64,000 nucleotides of DNA from an uncultured Chloroflexia bacterium (GCA_963700285.1 CAVOXA010000010.1:1440001-1504000); one strand, 5' to 3'. Shown: positions 1-11,296, numbered from the stretch's first letter. Translations and numbers: made by a program. Notes: generated by a model from the sequence alone, not told the origin.

Positions 1-1661
1 CGGGCGGACCGGGTGAGGATCTGGCGGCGGACTATATCGCCGCGCAACTGGCCGCGGCCGGGGTACCGGTGACGGCGCACGAGTTCGACGCCTTCCTGAG
101 CTACCCCGTCTCGGCCAGGCTGGAGGCGTTGGCGCCGGAAGCGGCTGAGATCCGGTGTGTCACCCACTCCTTCGCCCTATCGACGGGCCCGGAGGGACTG
201 GTCACCGATCTGATCCATCTGGGCGACGGCGATGATGCCGACGCGCTGGAGTTGGAGCGCGCCGAAGGAAAGGCCGCCCTCATCGACGGGCTGGCCACGC
301 CGGTAACCGTCCTGCGGGCCAGCCAGGCCGGCTGCGCCGCCATCATCTTTGCCAACAAGGGCCACGCCATCCACAACATGATCTGTCACCACCATCTGGG
401 GCACGCCCGGGCTGGATCAGCTCGACCGGCTGCCCCAGTTGCCCGCCATCTCTATCGACAGGGAGGGCGGCGAACTGCTGAAGCGACTGCTGGCCCGGGA
501 CGAGGGGCTCAAGATCAGGCTCACGACCCAGGTGGACACCGGCTGGCGCAAAAGCATCCTGCCCGAAGTCCGCATTCCAGGGACCGAGGGAGCCGGAGCG
601 CTTTGTTCTGGTGGGCGGCCACTCCTGCGGCTGGGACGTAGGCGTCACCGACAATGGGACGGGCGACGCGGCTATGCTGGAACTGGCGCGTATCCTGTGG
701 CAGCATCGCGACCAACTCGGGCGTGGCGTGCGCATCTGCTGGTGGCCGGGCCACTCGCACGGGCGCTACAGCGGCTCGACCTGGTACGCTGACACCTTTT
801 TCGCCGATCTGGCCGACAACTGCCTGGCCTATCACAACATCGACTCGCCCGGGGTCCGGGGCGCGACGCGCTACGTCGCCCGGCATACCTCGGCCGAGAC
901 GCAGCGGTTCTGCCAGGCCGTCATCCAGGGGCCAGACCGGCCAGCAGGAGGTTGAGGTCCACCGGCCCAACCGGGCCGCCGACCAGGCTTTTCTGGCCAA
1001 TGGCGTGCCCTCCTTTTCTACCTATCCACTGCTGCCGCTGGACCATCCCGACCGCTGGACGTGGACCGGCGGCTCGGCCAACGCCTGGTGGTGGCACAGC
1101 GAGCACGACACCCTGGACAAGGCGGACGTGGATATCCTGGCCCTGGATACGCGGATCTCCCTGACGGCCATCCTGGAGCTGGCCAATAGCGAGCTGCTGC
1201 CCTTTGAGCACGTCAGCACGGCGCGGGAGATCCGGGATGTGACGGCCGATCTACAACAGAAAGTAGGCGTTCACCTGGACCTGGGGCCGGTGGAAGGCAA
1301 AGGGCGGAGGCTGTCAGCCGCGGCCCTGGCGCTGGAAGAGGCCAAAGAGCGGGTTGCGGGCGATGCCGCCGGGGCAGACGTTTTGAACGGGGCCATCATG
1401 CGCATCAGCCGGGCGCTGAATCCGGTCCTCTATAGCCAGAGCGGGCGATTTCATCACGATCCGGCCGACTGGCTGCCGTCTATGAAGAATTCGGCCGGCC
1501 AGGTTCTGCCTGGCCTGAGCCGGGCCGTGGCTTTGCCCCGGCTGGCGGGGCAGTTCGAATACGGCTTCCTGCGCGCCCAGATGGTACGGGAGAGGAACCG
1601 GCTGGTCACGGCGTTGTGCGAGGCGGTCCGGATAGCCGAGGATGCACTGGAAGTTATGTAG
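1..1661 (+). CDS. M28-family (PA-domain) peptidase, 5'-truncated by the window edge and split by frameshifts
   Basis: ORFs 69..641, 439..792, 611..955 and 654..1661 join into PA-domain plus M28-like motifs (GHSCGWDVGVTDNGTG, WWPGHSHGRYSGSTWY, NIDSPG, WWWHSEHDT). Confidence 0.75.
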
Positions 1662-1762
1662 GGCAAGCCTGTCCTGAGCGCGCGAAGGATCTGCCAGCTT
1701 GCCCCGGTTTGATAAGGTGCCAACTTGGCCCTACAGGAGGAACTGCCGAGGAGCAGCGATCG

Positions 1763-2605
1763 ATGTTTGTAGAAATCAATGGCAATCAATTGTATTATGA
1801 AGAGCTGGGGACAGGGAACGCTCAGGCCATCCTGTGCTTTCATGGCGCGCCGGGCCTGGGCGACCATCGCGAGCCCAAGGGTTCCTGGGGGCGGCTGGCC
1901 AACCGGTACCGGGTCATCGTCCAGGACCAGCGCGGCAGCGGCCGGTCGGGACTGAACCCGCCCTTTACCCACAAGCAGTGGGTGGACGACGCCGATGCCC
2001 TGCGCCAGCACCTGGGGCTGGGCAAGGTCGTCGTCGCCGGCGGTTCCTACGGCGGGTTTCTGTCGCAGGAGTATGTGCTGGCCTACCCGGAGAACGTGCT
2101 GGCGGTGATGCTGCGCGATACCAGCGCCGATCACGGTTGGGACAAACAGGCCGAAGCCAATGCGCTGGCCAGTCCCAGGATCAAGGACACGCTGGACCTG
2201 GAGAAATACCGGCGGACCATGGATGGCAAATGCCTGTCGGACGAGGACATGCGCGACTGCTATGCCGAGATCCAGCCGCTCTACAACGTCGACTGGGACC
2301 CGGTCAAGGATGCCGAACGCCTCAAGTCGATCCACTTTCACCACGCCACCCACAATTATGCCTTTCGCTACAACCTGCCCGGCTGGGACATCAAGCCGCG
2401 CCTGGCCGAGATCCGGGTGCCGGTCTTGATCACCCACGGCCGGCACGATTGGATCGTGCCCCTGGAGGCGGCGGAAGAGCTGGATCGCAGGATTGCCGAG
2501 TCCCGGTTGGTAGTCTTTGAGAACAGCGGCCACTCGCCGCAGATCGAGGAACTGGAGTTGTGGGAGGCCGCCGTACGCCAGTTTTTGGCGGAGTACGGGC
2601 TATAG
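1763..2605 (+). CDS. Alpha/beta hydrolase (proline iminopeptidase-like)
   Basis: HGAPG oxyanion motif, DQRGSGRS, GGSYGG nucleophile elbow, C-terminal SGHSPQ; GAGGAG SD upstream of ATG 1763. Confidence 0.85.
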   Translation: MFVEINGNQLYYEELGTGNAQAILCFHGAPGLGDHREPKGSWGRLANRYRVIVQDQRGSGRSGLNPPFTHKQWVDDADALRQHLGLGKVVVAGGSYGGFLSQEYVLAYPENVLAVMLRDTSADHGWDKQAEANALASPRIKDTLDLEKYRRTMDGKCLSDEDMRDCYAEIQPLYNVDWDPVKDAERLKSIHFHHATHNYAFRYNLPGWDIKPRLAEIRVPVLITHGRHDWIVPLEAAEELDRRIAESRLVVFENSGHSPQIEELELWEAAVRQFLAEYGL

Positions 2606-2681
2606 GTGTACTCGCGGCAATTGCTCGTGCTGGACCCGATCCCCGCACTTCTGAGACACAGTCTAGCGCACTGGCGAGGCA

Positions 2682-2706
2682 GCGTGGACTGTGGTCCACG
2701 CAGAGC
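2682..2706. repeat. REP-like palindrome, family A (GCGTGGAC-TGTG-GTCCACGC-AGAGC), single copy
   Basis: Identical to the core of the arrays at 26.8 kb and 36.1-36.6 kb; intergenic. Confidence 0.85.
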
Positions 2707-2773
2707 AGATGGGAAGGGCGACCTTCGCCCAACAGGGGTTTAGACAGCAAGTCAGAAAACAGGAGGCATCACG

Positions 2774-3979
2774 ATGCAAAAAAAGACCTATACCGGCTAC
2801 AAATCGTACCAGATACCTGGAGCCAGGGGTGGACTATCGTCCCTTCGAGCTGGCCAAAGAGGTCGGCCGGGTGGAGCCCTACGTCTACCCGGCGTCGGAA
2901 GCGCAGGAGCGCAGGGTACAGCAACTGCTGGCCGAGAACATCATTGTCTCGGCCCACGATCACACCTCGATCTTTCCCGAGGATTTTCGCCAGATTTTTG
3001 AGTACATCCGGCAGGGGCGGGAATGGACCGGCTACGAAGGGCTGAGCGTGTCGGGCATCGACATTCTCTTTGAGAACTTCATGGACGGCACGGCCCTGAT
3101 CACCTCCAACGCGGGCTGGAAGTGGACCGACGTCATCCACGACATCGGCCTGCGCTTCAGCGACTTTGCCCACCAGGAGATGGTCTACGTGGCCAGGACC
3201 ATCGACGACCTGTACCGGGCCAAGCCGGAGGGCAAGATCGCCTTCGTGGCCACGCTGGAATCGGCTATGCCCATCGAGAACGAGCTGGACCGCGTCGACA
3301 TCCTCTACGGCCTGGGCATCCGCTCCATGGGCATCACCTATTCGGAGGCCAACGCCCTGGGCTCGGGTCTGAAGGAGACCAACGACGGCGGTCTGACCCA
3401 GTTCGGCCGCCAGGTGGTGCAAGCGGATGAACAAGCTGGGCATGACCATTGACACCAGCCCACTGCGGCGACCAGACCGCCCTGGACTCTATCGAGCTCA
3501 GCGAAAAGCCGACCCTCATCTCGCACGTCGGCGCCCGGGCATTGTGGAACACGAACCGCATGAAGCCCGACTATGTGCTCAAGGCCTGCGCCGAGAAGGG
3601 CGGCGTCATCGGCATCGAGGCGGCACCGCATACGACGTTGACCGAGAATCACCCCGACCATTCCATCGAATCGTACATGGAGCACTTTGAGTACGTGGCC
3701 GAGCTGATCGGCATCGAGCACGTGGCCTTTGGGCCCGACACGCTCTTTGGCGACCACGTGGGCCTGCACCATGCCTTTGCCAGCCAGCTTTCCATCGGCT
3801 CGGCGCACGCCGGGGTGAAGTTCGACGAGGTCGACTATGTCAAGGGCCTGGAGAATCCCAGCGAGGTCATGCCCAACGTGGCCCGCTGGCTGGTGACCCA
3901 TGGCTACAGCGACGAGGATATCGCCAAGGTGATGGGCCTGAACGTGCTGCGCGTGCTGGAGGAGACCTGGGTCCGCTAG
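2774..3979 (+). CDS. Membrane dipeptidase (peptidase M19 family), frameshifted
   Basis: ORFs 2774..3001, 2691..3452 and 3449..3979; motifs SAHDH, GLTQFGRQVV-MNKLGMTID-HCG, ISHVG, IGIEHVAFGPD; AGGAGG SD. Confidence 0.85.
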
Positions 3980-4166
3980 ATGCAGCGCAGTTCTGGCAGG
4001 GGCGGCTGGCGAACCGCTCCTGCCAGATCAGTGATGTTCGCCGCGTACAACACCATCCTCCCCTCGTCGTCGCCAAAGTAGATCCATTCCTCGCCAGAAA
4101 GATCTGTTCAATCCTACGATCCGGCCTGGCAGAGATCATCGCGTGCATCAACTCATTTTTAGAAAG

Positions 4167-4232
4167 ATTTAACCTATCTGTTACCTAAAATCTACCTTTT
4201 TCCTTGCCGAAATCTACCTTTTGTGGTATAAT
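4167..4232 (+). promoter_or_regulatory. Sigma70 promoter (TTGCCG-17-TGnTATAAT) with 11-bp-phased ACCT direct repeats (putative response-regulator boxes)
   Basis: TTGCCG 4204-4209, TATAAT 4227-4232; ACCT at 4172, 4183, 4194, 4216; AAATCTACCTTTT duplicated at 4188 and 4210. Confidence 0.65.
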
Positions 4233-4689
4233 AAGGTCAAGAGGTTATAGCTACCTCCCAGCCCCCTGGCTGGGGCGCCTTGTTGCGCCCCAAACAGGCG
4301 ATGCCCTCTTGTGACTGGCTGTAGGAGGCCCTACGGTCTGCGCACCCTGGTTGCCAGGGGCAACTGACCTACGTGGTGCGCGATCTGTTGGAGGACCAGG
4401 TAGCGCCTTCTTCTGGTGTGCACAATGGCGTGCTGGGATCATGCTGCCCATGGCATCCCAGGCCGGGCAGGATGGACCCCAATCATCGGCAAGTCTGGGA
4501 GTAAGAGAGGGGAGGTGGTGTCAACTCCAAACTGCGTCGTAGGTGTTGGCGCGTAGTGGCGCGCCAGAAGAGCATGCTCGCCCTCCGGGCGAGTGATGGC
4601 ATGCCGTCTATTTGGCTTGCGCCCTGTGCACGAGGGTGCAGCCCCGAGTGTACCCAAATCTCTGATTCGCTTAAGCAAGGAGGACATCG

Positions 4690-5932
4690 ATGTCAAAGAA
4701 TCTAGGAAGATTGATGATCTTGGTGGCGGTCACCACGCTGTTGGTGGGGCTGCTCATCGCCGGGCAGGGCCTGGCGCAAAACGATCTGACGGACGAAGAG
4801 CTACTGGGCGAGTTCCTCTACTTTGACGAGAACCTGTCCGAACCGGCCGGCCAAGTCGTGCGCCAGTTGCCACCTTCCCAAAGCTGGCTTCGTGGACCCC
4901 GATAAGGGGCTGCCCGTGTCTAGGGGCGTGATCACTGACCGCTTTGGCAACCGCAATTCCCCCGCATCGGCCTATGCCATGTACGCGCCCAAGTTCGACG
5001 AAGTCGAGGAGGTCGGCGGCCAGTTCTGGGACGGCAGGGCTACCGGCGAAGTACTGGGCGACCCGCTGGCCGACCAGGCTCTTGGGCCGTTCTTGAACCC
5101 GGTGGAGATGAATAATCCCGACAGGGAGACCGTGATCGCCGATGCTTTAGGTGGGGATTACGGTGACCTGTTCATCGAGGTGTGTGGCGACGGGAGTGAC
5201 GTAGAGGCCGCCTACAACTGCATCGCGATGTCGATCGCTGCCTTTGAGCGTACCGCGCTGTTTGGCCAGTTCAGCTCCAAGTACGACGCCTATCTCCAGG
5301 CCTGCCTGGACCTGAGGGTGGGGACAAGGACGACTGTGCGGTGGGGTTCAGGCACCAGAGCGGAAGAGGCAGGGGGCGATGTCTTCACCCAGCAAAGAGT
5401 GGGCCGGCTTCCAGCTCTTCATGAACGACGACAACGACAACGACGGTATCCTGGAACGGGCGAGGGAGCGGCATGTGTCGCCTGCCACGTAGCAGACTGG
5501 ATCGACCCAGCCGACTATGGCAGACCTAGACGTCGTTGTGGCCGGACTGGTCGCCCGATGGCTTGGTGCCGCCCGTGTTCACCGATTTTACCTACGACAA
5601 CCTGGGCGTGCCCAAGAGCACCCACAGACTCTTGCGGGACGAATGCCGGATGATCTGGGCCTGGGTGCCATCGTGGATGATGCAGCCGAGAACGGCAAGT
5701 TCAAGGTCATGACCCTGCGCAACATCCAGCTCACCAAGCCCTACGCCCACAATGGGTTCTTCAAGAGCCTCAAGGACATCACCCATTTCTACAATACCCG
5801 GGACGTGGGGAAATGGCCACCGCCTGAGGTAGATGAGGATGTGAACAAGATGCTGAACTGGGCAACCTGGGGCTGAGCACTGCAGACGAAGCGGCCCTGG
5901 TCGAGTTCATGAAGACGCTGACCGACAAATAG
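4690..5932 (+). CDS. Di-haem cytochrome c peroxidase / MauG family, secreted, frameshifted
   Basis: N-terminal signal peptide; LGEFLYFDENLS, SCASCH, RNSP, QFWDGRA, second haem CVACH, GKFKVMTLRNI..PYAHNG; AAGGAGG SD. Confidence 0.85.
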
Positions 5933-5963
5933 CCAGACGTCCGGTTCTACCGGAAAGATCGAC

Positions 5964-5998
5964 AGCGGGCGAGGACCTAGGTCCTCGCCCGCTATTTT
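5964..5998 (+). terminator. Intrinsic terminator after the peroxidase gene
   Basis: 30-bp perfect palindrome AGCGGGCGAGGACCT/AGGTCCTCGCCCGCT followed by ATTTT, between convergent genes. Confidence 0.75.
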
Positions 5999-6124
5999 GT
6001 GTCAGAATGCCACCCGCATTCTGGCTACAAGCGGGTTCGTGACCAGTCCTTGCCGGGAGACCAGTTCGGAATCGGAGCTCTGGCCTGCCCCCTGGGGGGG
6101 CAGCACCTGCTGGGCAGCCGCGAC

Positions 6125-7066
6125 CTATAGCCCCAGGTTTGGCAGTTGCACGAACATCAGCACGCAGGAGGCGATGGCCGCCAGGGCCAGGGCGGCGATC
6201 AGCAGGATGAGCACCGTTTTCACGCCGCGAAGGTGGCGCGTCTGGCGCTGCTGCTCCTCCAGGATCTGGCCCAGCAGCCAGTTGGCGCGATCCTCCTCGG
6301 TGTCGATGCCTCGCGCATAGTCCTGGATGGCTGCCGCGATCTCTTCGTCGCCCATGTCCAGCTCGCCCAGTTCGGCCGGGTCCCCCTTTTTGCGCCGCCG
6401 GCTGACCATCTCGATGGCGCTGGGGTAGCTCATGGCAGCAAGCCGGTCGCGGCGCATGCGCCGGGGCACGAAAGCCTGGTACAGTACGGCGCCGCTTGGC
6501 CCCTCGTCGACGAGCAGCGCTGTGGTGTAATCCGGGATCTCGGCGTCCGGGGGTGGCTCGGCATAGGCCGGTGGTTCTACGCTGGCAGGTTCAGCATAGT
6601 CCTGAGGCTCCACCTCGGCCGGCGCTGGATCGACCGTTGGCGCCTCGGCTTCCATCGGCAGTTCGTCGCCATAGTCGATCTGCTCGAGGCTGGCAGGAGG
6701 CTCAGCGTCAGCCGGTTCGGCAGTATCCTGAGGCTCCACCTCGGCCTGCGCCAGATCAACCGTTGGCGCCCCGGCTTCCATCGGCAGTTCGTCGCCGTAG
6801 TCGAACTGCTCGAAGCTGGCGGGGGGCTCAACGCCAGAGAAATACTCGTCATAATCTGATGGCTCGAGATCGACGAGGGGTTCATCAAACAGTAGGCCGG
6901 CATCCTCTGGCGGCTCGAGGTCGATGGGGGGCTCGTCAAGCGGTGGCTCGACATAGTCTGGCGGCTCGACGCCGGCCGGCGCATCATCATCACCCATCAG
7001 TTCTTCGTATTCCACCGGTGGTTCGGCATGGTCTGGGGTACCGGCGTCGCTTGGTCGTTCGTCCAT
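6125..7066 (-). CDS. Hypothetical acidic Pro/Glu/Asp-rich protein with internal repeats and a C-terminal TM helix
   Basis: Start MDERPSDAG with GGAGG SD; 126-bp internal duplication (6601 vs 6727); hydrophobic C-terminus VLILLIAALALAAIASCVLMFV. Confidence 0.65.
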   Translation of the reverse strand: MDERPSDAGTPDHAEPPVEYEELMGDDDAPAGVEPPDYVEPPLDEPPIDLEPPEDAGLLFDEPLVDLEPSDYDEYFSGVEPPASFEQFDYGDELPMEAGAPTVDLAQAEVEPQDTAEPADAEPPASLEQIDYGDELPMEAEAPTVDPAPAEVEPQDYAEPASVEPPAYAEPPPDAEIPDYTTALLVDEGPSGAVLYQAFVPRRMRRDRLAAMSYPSAIEMVSRRRKKGDPAELGELDMGDEEIAAAIQDYARGIDTEEDRANWLLGQILEEQQRQTRHLRGVKTVLILLIAALALAAIASCVLMFVQLPNLGL

Positions 7067-7278
7067 GGTTGCGTCCTCCCACAATCGGAACAGCGTGCCT
7101 GCCTTGGGCCGGGGACATTCTTGGTCCTCGCGTTGGCGCCCACGTTGCACCAGGGTCCAGGCCCTGAGCAGATCGAAAACCGCAGCATTGCTCGGACAAC
7201 AGTATACCATCAGGGGGAAGAAAAAGCAAAGCGTTGCGCGTTGGGTATTCGTTGGCAGGGAGCTCTGTCATTTTCGTG

Positions 7279-7313
7279 CGAACGCCTGGCCCCGCATGTG
7301 GGCCAGGCGTTCG
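7279..7313. terminator. 14-bp perfect hairpin downstream of the small peptide gene
   Basis: CGAACGCCTGGCCC-7 nt-GGGCCAGGCGTTCG; no clear U-tract. Confidence 0.45.
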
Positions 7314-7336
7314 TGTGCATAGATGGCGAGAACGGC

Positions 7337-7459
7337 TCAGGCCGGGTTGTAGAACACACTGAAGGCCACCAGGAAGGCAGCCAGGAGCACGGTGTTCAGC
7401 CAGCCGATGGCGGGCATGCCGGCAAAGAGCATGCCATACAGCATGACCAGAACACCCAT
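7337..7459 (-). CDS. 40-aa hydrophobic membrane peptide
   Basis: MGVLVMLYGMLFAGMPAIGWLNTVLLAAFLVAFSVFYNPA; AAGGAGG SD at 7470-7476; consensus promoter upstream. Confidence 0.55.
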   Translation of the reverse strand: MGVLVMLYGMLFAGMPAIGWLNTVLLAAFLVAFSVFYNPA

Positions 7460-7686
7460 CTGCCTTTCGCCTCCTTCAGCGCTCTGTGCTTGTAGATTGA
7501 CTCGACGGCCAACGGGGTGGATGGTACACAGGATTCCCTGCCCCAAAGGGGTCAGGGACCGCAACGCGCTCTCCCGGAGATCACCCCCTTTCCCTGAAAG
7601 TGCCTGCCCGCAACCATAGCGGGCTCAAAAGAAAACACGACTGCCCGACCATCTGGCTCGCACCGAACCCGCGGCAGCATGGGGCC
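7455..7686 (+). ncRNA. Candidate 6S RNA-like structured RNA
   Basis: CCCATCTGCC pairs with GGCAGCATGGG; TTGACTCG pairs with CGGGCTCAA around a central bubble; alternative GCCCGC-AACCATA-GCGGGC hairpin; 3' end resembles 6S RNAs. Recognised by eye only. Confidence 0.4.
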
Positions 7687-7818
7687 AACGGCCCATCTTC
7701 ACTGATCACGGAAACGCTAGAGATAGGCGCCGGAGATCTGCCGCCTATCTGGGTTCTTTTGGTTTCTCTGGCCCTACGGTGATGCAACAGTGTTCTTCGG
7801 GAAGGTTTTTACACAACC

Positions 7819-7847
7819 ATTATACTGCCCGAGGAGTACTTTGTCAA
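7819..7847 (-). promoter_or_regulatory. Perfect-consensus sigma70 promoter
   Basis: Minus strand TTGACA (7847-7842), 17-bp spacer, TATAAT (7824-7819). Confidence 0.8.
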
Positions 7848-7955
7848 TCCCCCGATTGGTGTGCAGGGGGTTATGCATGCTGAAGGTGTGTTCGGCAAGT
7901 GACAGCTTTTCTGGGGAGACAGGCTGCGTTCCGTCAGCGATAGCCTTGCATGCAT

Positions 7956-8412
7956 CTACAGGTCGTGCAGGATGTCGTCCTGCCTGGCCCACATGACGCA
8001 TCTTTTCAGCTTCATCGGCGTGGTCGTAGCCCAGCAGGTGCAGCAGGCCGTGCACGATGAGCAGGTGGAGTTCCAGTTCGAGGGGATGCCCAAGCTCTTG
8101 CGGCCTGGGCCGCGGCGCGGGGATAGGAGATGATCACATCGCCCAGGTATCCCTCGGCTTCGGGAGCGACGACAAAGGACCGCATCTCCTCCTGAGCGCT
8201 GAAGGCCAGTACGTCGGTGGGCGCATCAATGCCCAGAAAATCACGGTTGAGTTCGCTGGATGCCCTGGTCGTCGGTGATGACCAGCGTGACCTGGCCGGT
8301 TGTGTCCTCCTGGCGCAGAACCGCCATGGCTACCGCGCTCAGGCGCTTCTGCCGAGAGTTCCTGTTCAAAAGCCGGTGCAATCTGAACCTCAACCTCAGC
8401 CATCAGCTTCAC
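7956..8412 (-). CDS. ybeY: rRNA maturation endoribonuclease YbeY, frameshifted
   Basis: HGLLHLLGYDH zinc motif and PTDVLAF / YLGDVII fragments across frames; lies downstream of the 7TM-HD gene. Confidence 0.85.
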
Positions 8413-8469
8413 CCCCGGTGCTGAAGCGGCGGCCAGGAACCAGGACAGGGTACAATCTGAACCCTAGTC

Positions 8470-10617
8470 TCAACGGACTATCTCCTTGCCATCGGCGCCC
8501 TTGACCGTGACCGGCTCGGGGTATTTGACTCGGGGATGGAAAACCCCTTTCAGAACATCCAGAAAGGCGGTCTTGATCTCTTCCAGATCGCGCAGGGTCA
8601 GGTCCGATTCATCCAGTTGCCCTCCGCCACCTTGCTCCTGATCGTGTCGGCGATGATGTCCTCCATCTCCTCGATGGATGCCGGTTCCTGGCTGCGGACC
8701 CGCGCCTCGCAGCCATCGGCCAGCATGAGGATGGCTGTTTCCCGGGACTGGGGCTTGGGGCCTGGGTAGGAATAGTCCTCTTCGTGGACCTCGCGATGGT
8801 TGTCGCTGCCATTCTCATTGGCAGCCGCCACGGCCATGCGGTAGAAAGCCAGGGTGATGCTGGTGCCATGGTGTTCGGGGATAAAGGCGCGTATGGCAGA
8901 CGGCAACCGGTATTTCTCCGCCAGGTCCAGGCCATCTTGTACGTGGCTGATGATGATCTGGGCGCTGGTACGGGGGTCCAGCCGCTCGTGGGGATTGACG
9001 CCACCCACCCGGTTCTCGGTGAAAAAGTAGGGGCGCACCGTCTTGCCGATGTCGTGATAGTAGGTGCCCACGCGGGTCAGCAGCCCATCGGCGCCGATCC
9101 GTTCGGCCGCGTCCTCGGCCATGTTGCCCACCAGGAGGGTGTGATGGTAGGTGCCCGGCGCTTTGAGGAGCAATTGCCGGAACAAGGGATGGGTGGGCCG
9201 TGACAGTTCCATCAGTTGGAAAGGCGTCATCAGGTCCAGGAGAGCGCTCAGGACAAAGAAGGCGGCCAGTGCCAGGCTTGCGGCCAGCGCCGCCGGCAAC
9301 AAGGCCCACCAGGGCGTAGATGGTGACTCGAAGCAGATCTTGGTTCATGCCAGCAGGCCAAAGGCCATGATGACGGCTGCGTTGGTGACCGCCACCGCCA
9401 TGCCGCTGCGCAGGAAGGTGCTGATCCGGTCCGCCTGCCCCAGGCTCAAGGCTCCCATCATCGTGCCGGCCAGCAGATAGGTGGTGATGTCTGGCGAGCC
9501 GCCGGCTACGAAAGCCCCGATTACGCCCACGATCACGCCGATGGCCATGCCCAGGGCTGGTCCATAGAGGATGGCCAGGAGCATCGACAGCGCGGGCAGG
9601 GGATAGAGATAGGGGACGATGCTATCGGGGAAGGGGAGCATCAGTTTGCTCAGAACCACAAAGGTGGCGATGAGCAAAAAGATGGTGGCTGTCGAGCGCT
9701 CAGTGGACCAGAGGCCCGGTCGCAGGCGGAAAATGAGCAGCTCCAGGAGGATCGTGGACAATAATGGCCAGAAGAATCGTGCCTGCCACCATTTCCCAGC
9801 GAACGGCCTGCTGGCGCAGGCCAAAGGCGTCCAGCTTTTCGATATCAATGAGGCGCACCAGGCTGCCATCCCGCACTATGGCTTCATCCTTGCGGATGGC
9901 TACCTCCACCGGAGGCGTGTTCTCCCGGGCTTGCTGCTTGGCTTCCTCGGTGCGGGCAGCGTTGTAGAAGGTGTTGGCGGTCACCAGGTCGCCGGCCAGC
10001 GCCTCGACGACGCCGGCCTGGTCGTCTGTCATACGAAAGCTGATAAAGGTTGGCAGGCGGCGGCGGACGGTGTCCACCTGGCTCTCTTTGATTTCACCCT
10101 GCATGGCCCGGACCAGCACGCGCACCGTCTCGTCCACGACCTCCTGCCAGTCGTCCTTGCTCAAGGCCAGGGCTTGGTCAATGACTTCCGGCTCCAGGTC
10201 CAGATCGGGGATAGCCCCGATCCAGCGTGCCTTTTCCTCGGGCGTGGCATAGGGATCCTCTCTCACCGAGCCGATATACTCCAGGATCTGTTGGGCCCGG
10301 ACCTCCTGTTCTCTGGCGACCAAAGGATCGGGGGGGTCAAAGATATCCGGAACCGAGGCGGCGGCCTCCTCCTGCGCCTGCTTGGTCCGGATCTCACTCA
10401 TGTAGGTCAGGTCGTAGGGCGCCAGGATGTTGTCCGTGGCGACGTTGCCGGCGTTCAGGAGCACCTGGTTGGAGGGCAGAAAGTCAATGAGCAGTACGGC
10501 GCTGATGACCGCGGCCATGAGCACGCCAAAGATGGCAGCCCGCGTTTTGCTCCAGCGACCTACGCCAGGCTTTTTCCCTGAGAAAGCTCCCTGTGTGCCA
10601 CGAGTGTCGTTGAGCAT
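8470..10617 (-). CDS. pgpH: 7TM-HD (HDIG) phosphohydrolase, PgpH/YqfF-like c-di-AMP phosphodiesterase, frameshifted
   Basis: ORFs 9700..10617 (extracellular domain), 9345..9869 (TMs) and 8598..9302 ([37 protein letters not shown], ending HPRVKYP). Confidence 0.8.
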
Positions 10618-10623
10618 AGAGTA

Positions 10624-11086
10624 CTATCCGGCCAGCAGCTCCCTCACTACCTGGTTGGCCACTTGTCCATCGGCACGGCCCCTGAGGCGGGCCATGAGGG
10701 GTTTCATCACCTTGCCCATGTCTCTGGGCCCGCTAGCCCCAACCTCCTCAATGACCTGCTGGGCTGCCACGGTCGATCTCTTGACGGGTCATCTGCTGGG
10801 GCAGGTACGCCTGCAAGATGGCCAGCTCGGTCTCTTCTTCGGCTACCAGGTCTTCACGCCCACCCCGGCGGAACTCTGTAATGGATTCCTGGCGTTGTTT
10901 GGCCTGCTTGGCGATGATGGCCAGGATGTCGTCGTCGTCCAGACTGACGCGCTTGCCGCTGGCATCCAGTTCGGTTTCCGACTGTTTCATCGCGGCTATC
11001 ACCGAGCGGATCGTACTTTTGCGCCGTTCGTCCTGCTGACGCATGGCGTCCTTCAGATCCTCCATCAATTGTTCTCGAAGGCCCAT
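10624..11086 (-). CDS. GatB/YqeY domain protein, frameshifted near the 3' end
   Basis: [40 protein letters not shown]; [13 protein letters not shown] in the second frame. Confidence 0.85.
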
Positions 11087-11296
11087 CCTTTCCTCCTTAG
11101 CGCCCGTGTACTACCTTTACGAGTACCATTATAGTCGTCAAGAGAAGGGAAGTCAAATCTGGTTCCATATGCCTGTGCGCGGCCTTGACGCGGCAAACCT
11201 CCCGCGGGTTCGTGTAGTTTTGGCGCTCCGCCACACCTTGGGCCCTGCGGGAGGTTCGCGTGGGCGATTTGAACAGGTTCCCAGTCGCCAGACGCT

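Noticed and set aside
11190-11290. c-di-GMP-I riboswitch (GGCAAAC start)
   Set aside because: Lacks the GAAA tetraloop/receptor and the GCAAAGC second stem, and lies upstream of the predicted fusA promoter
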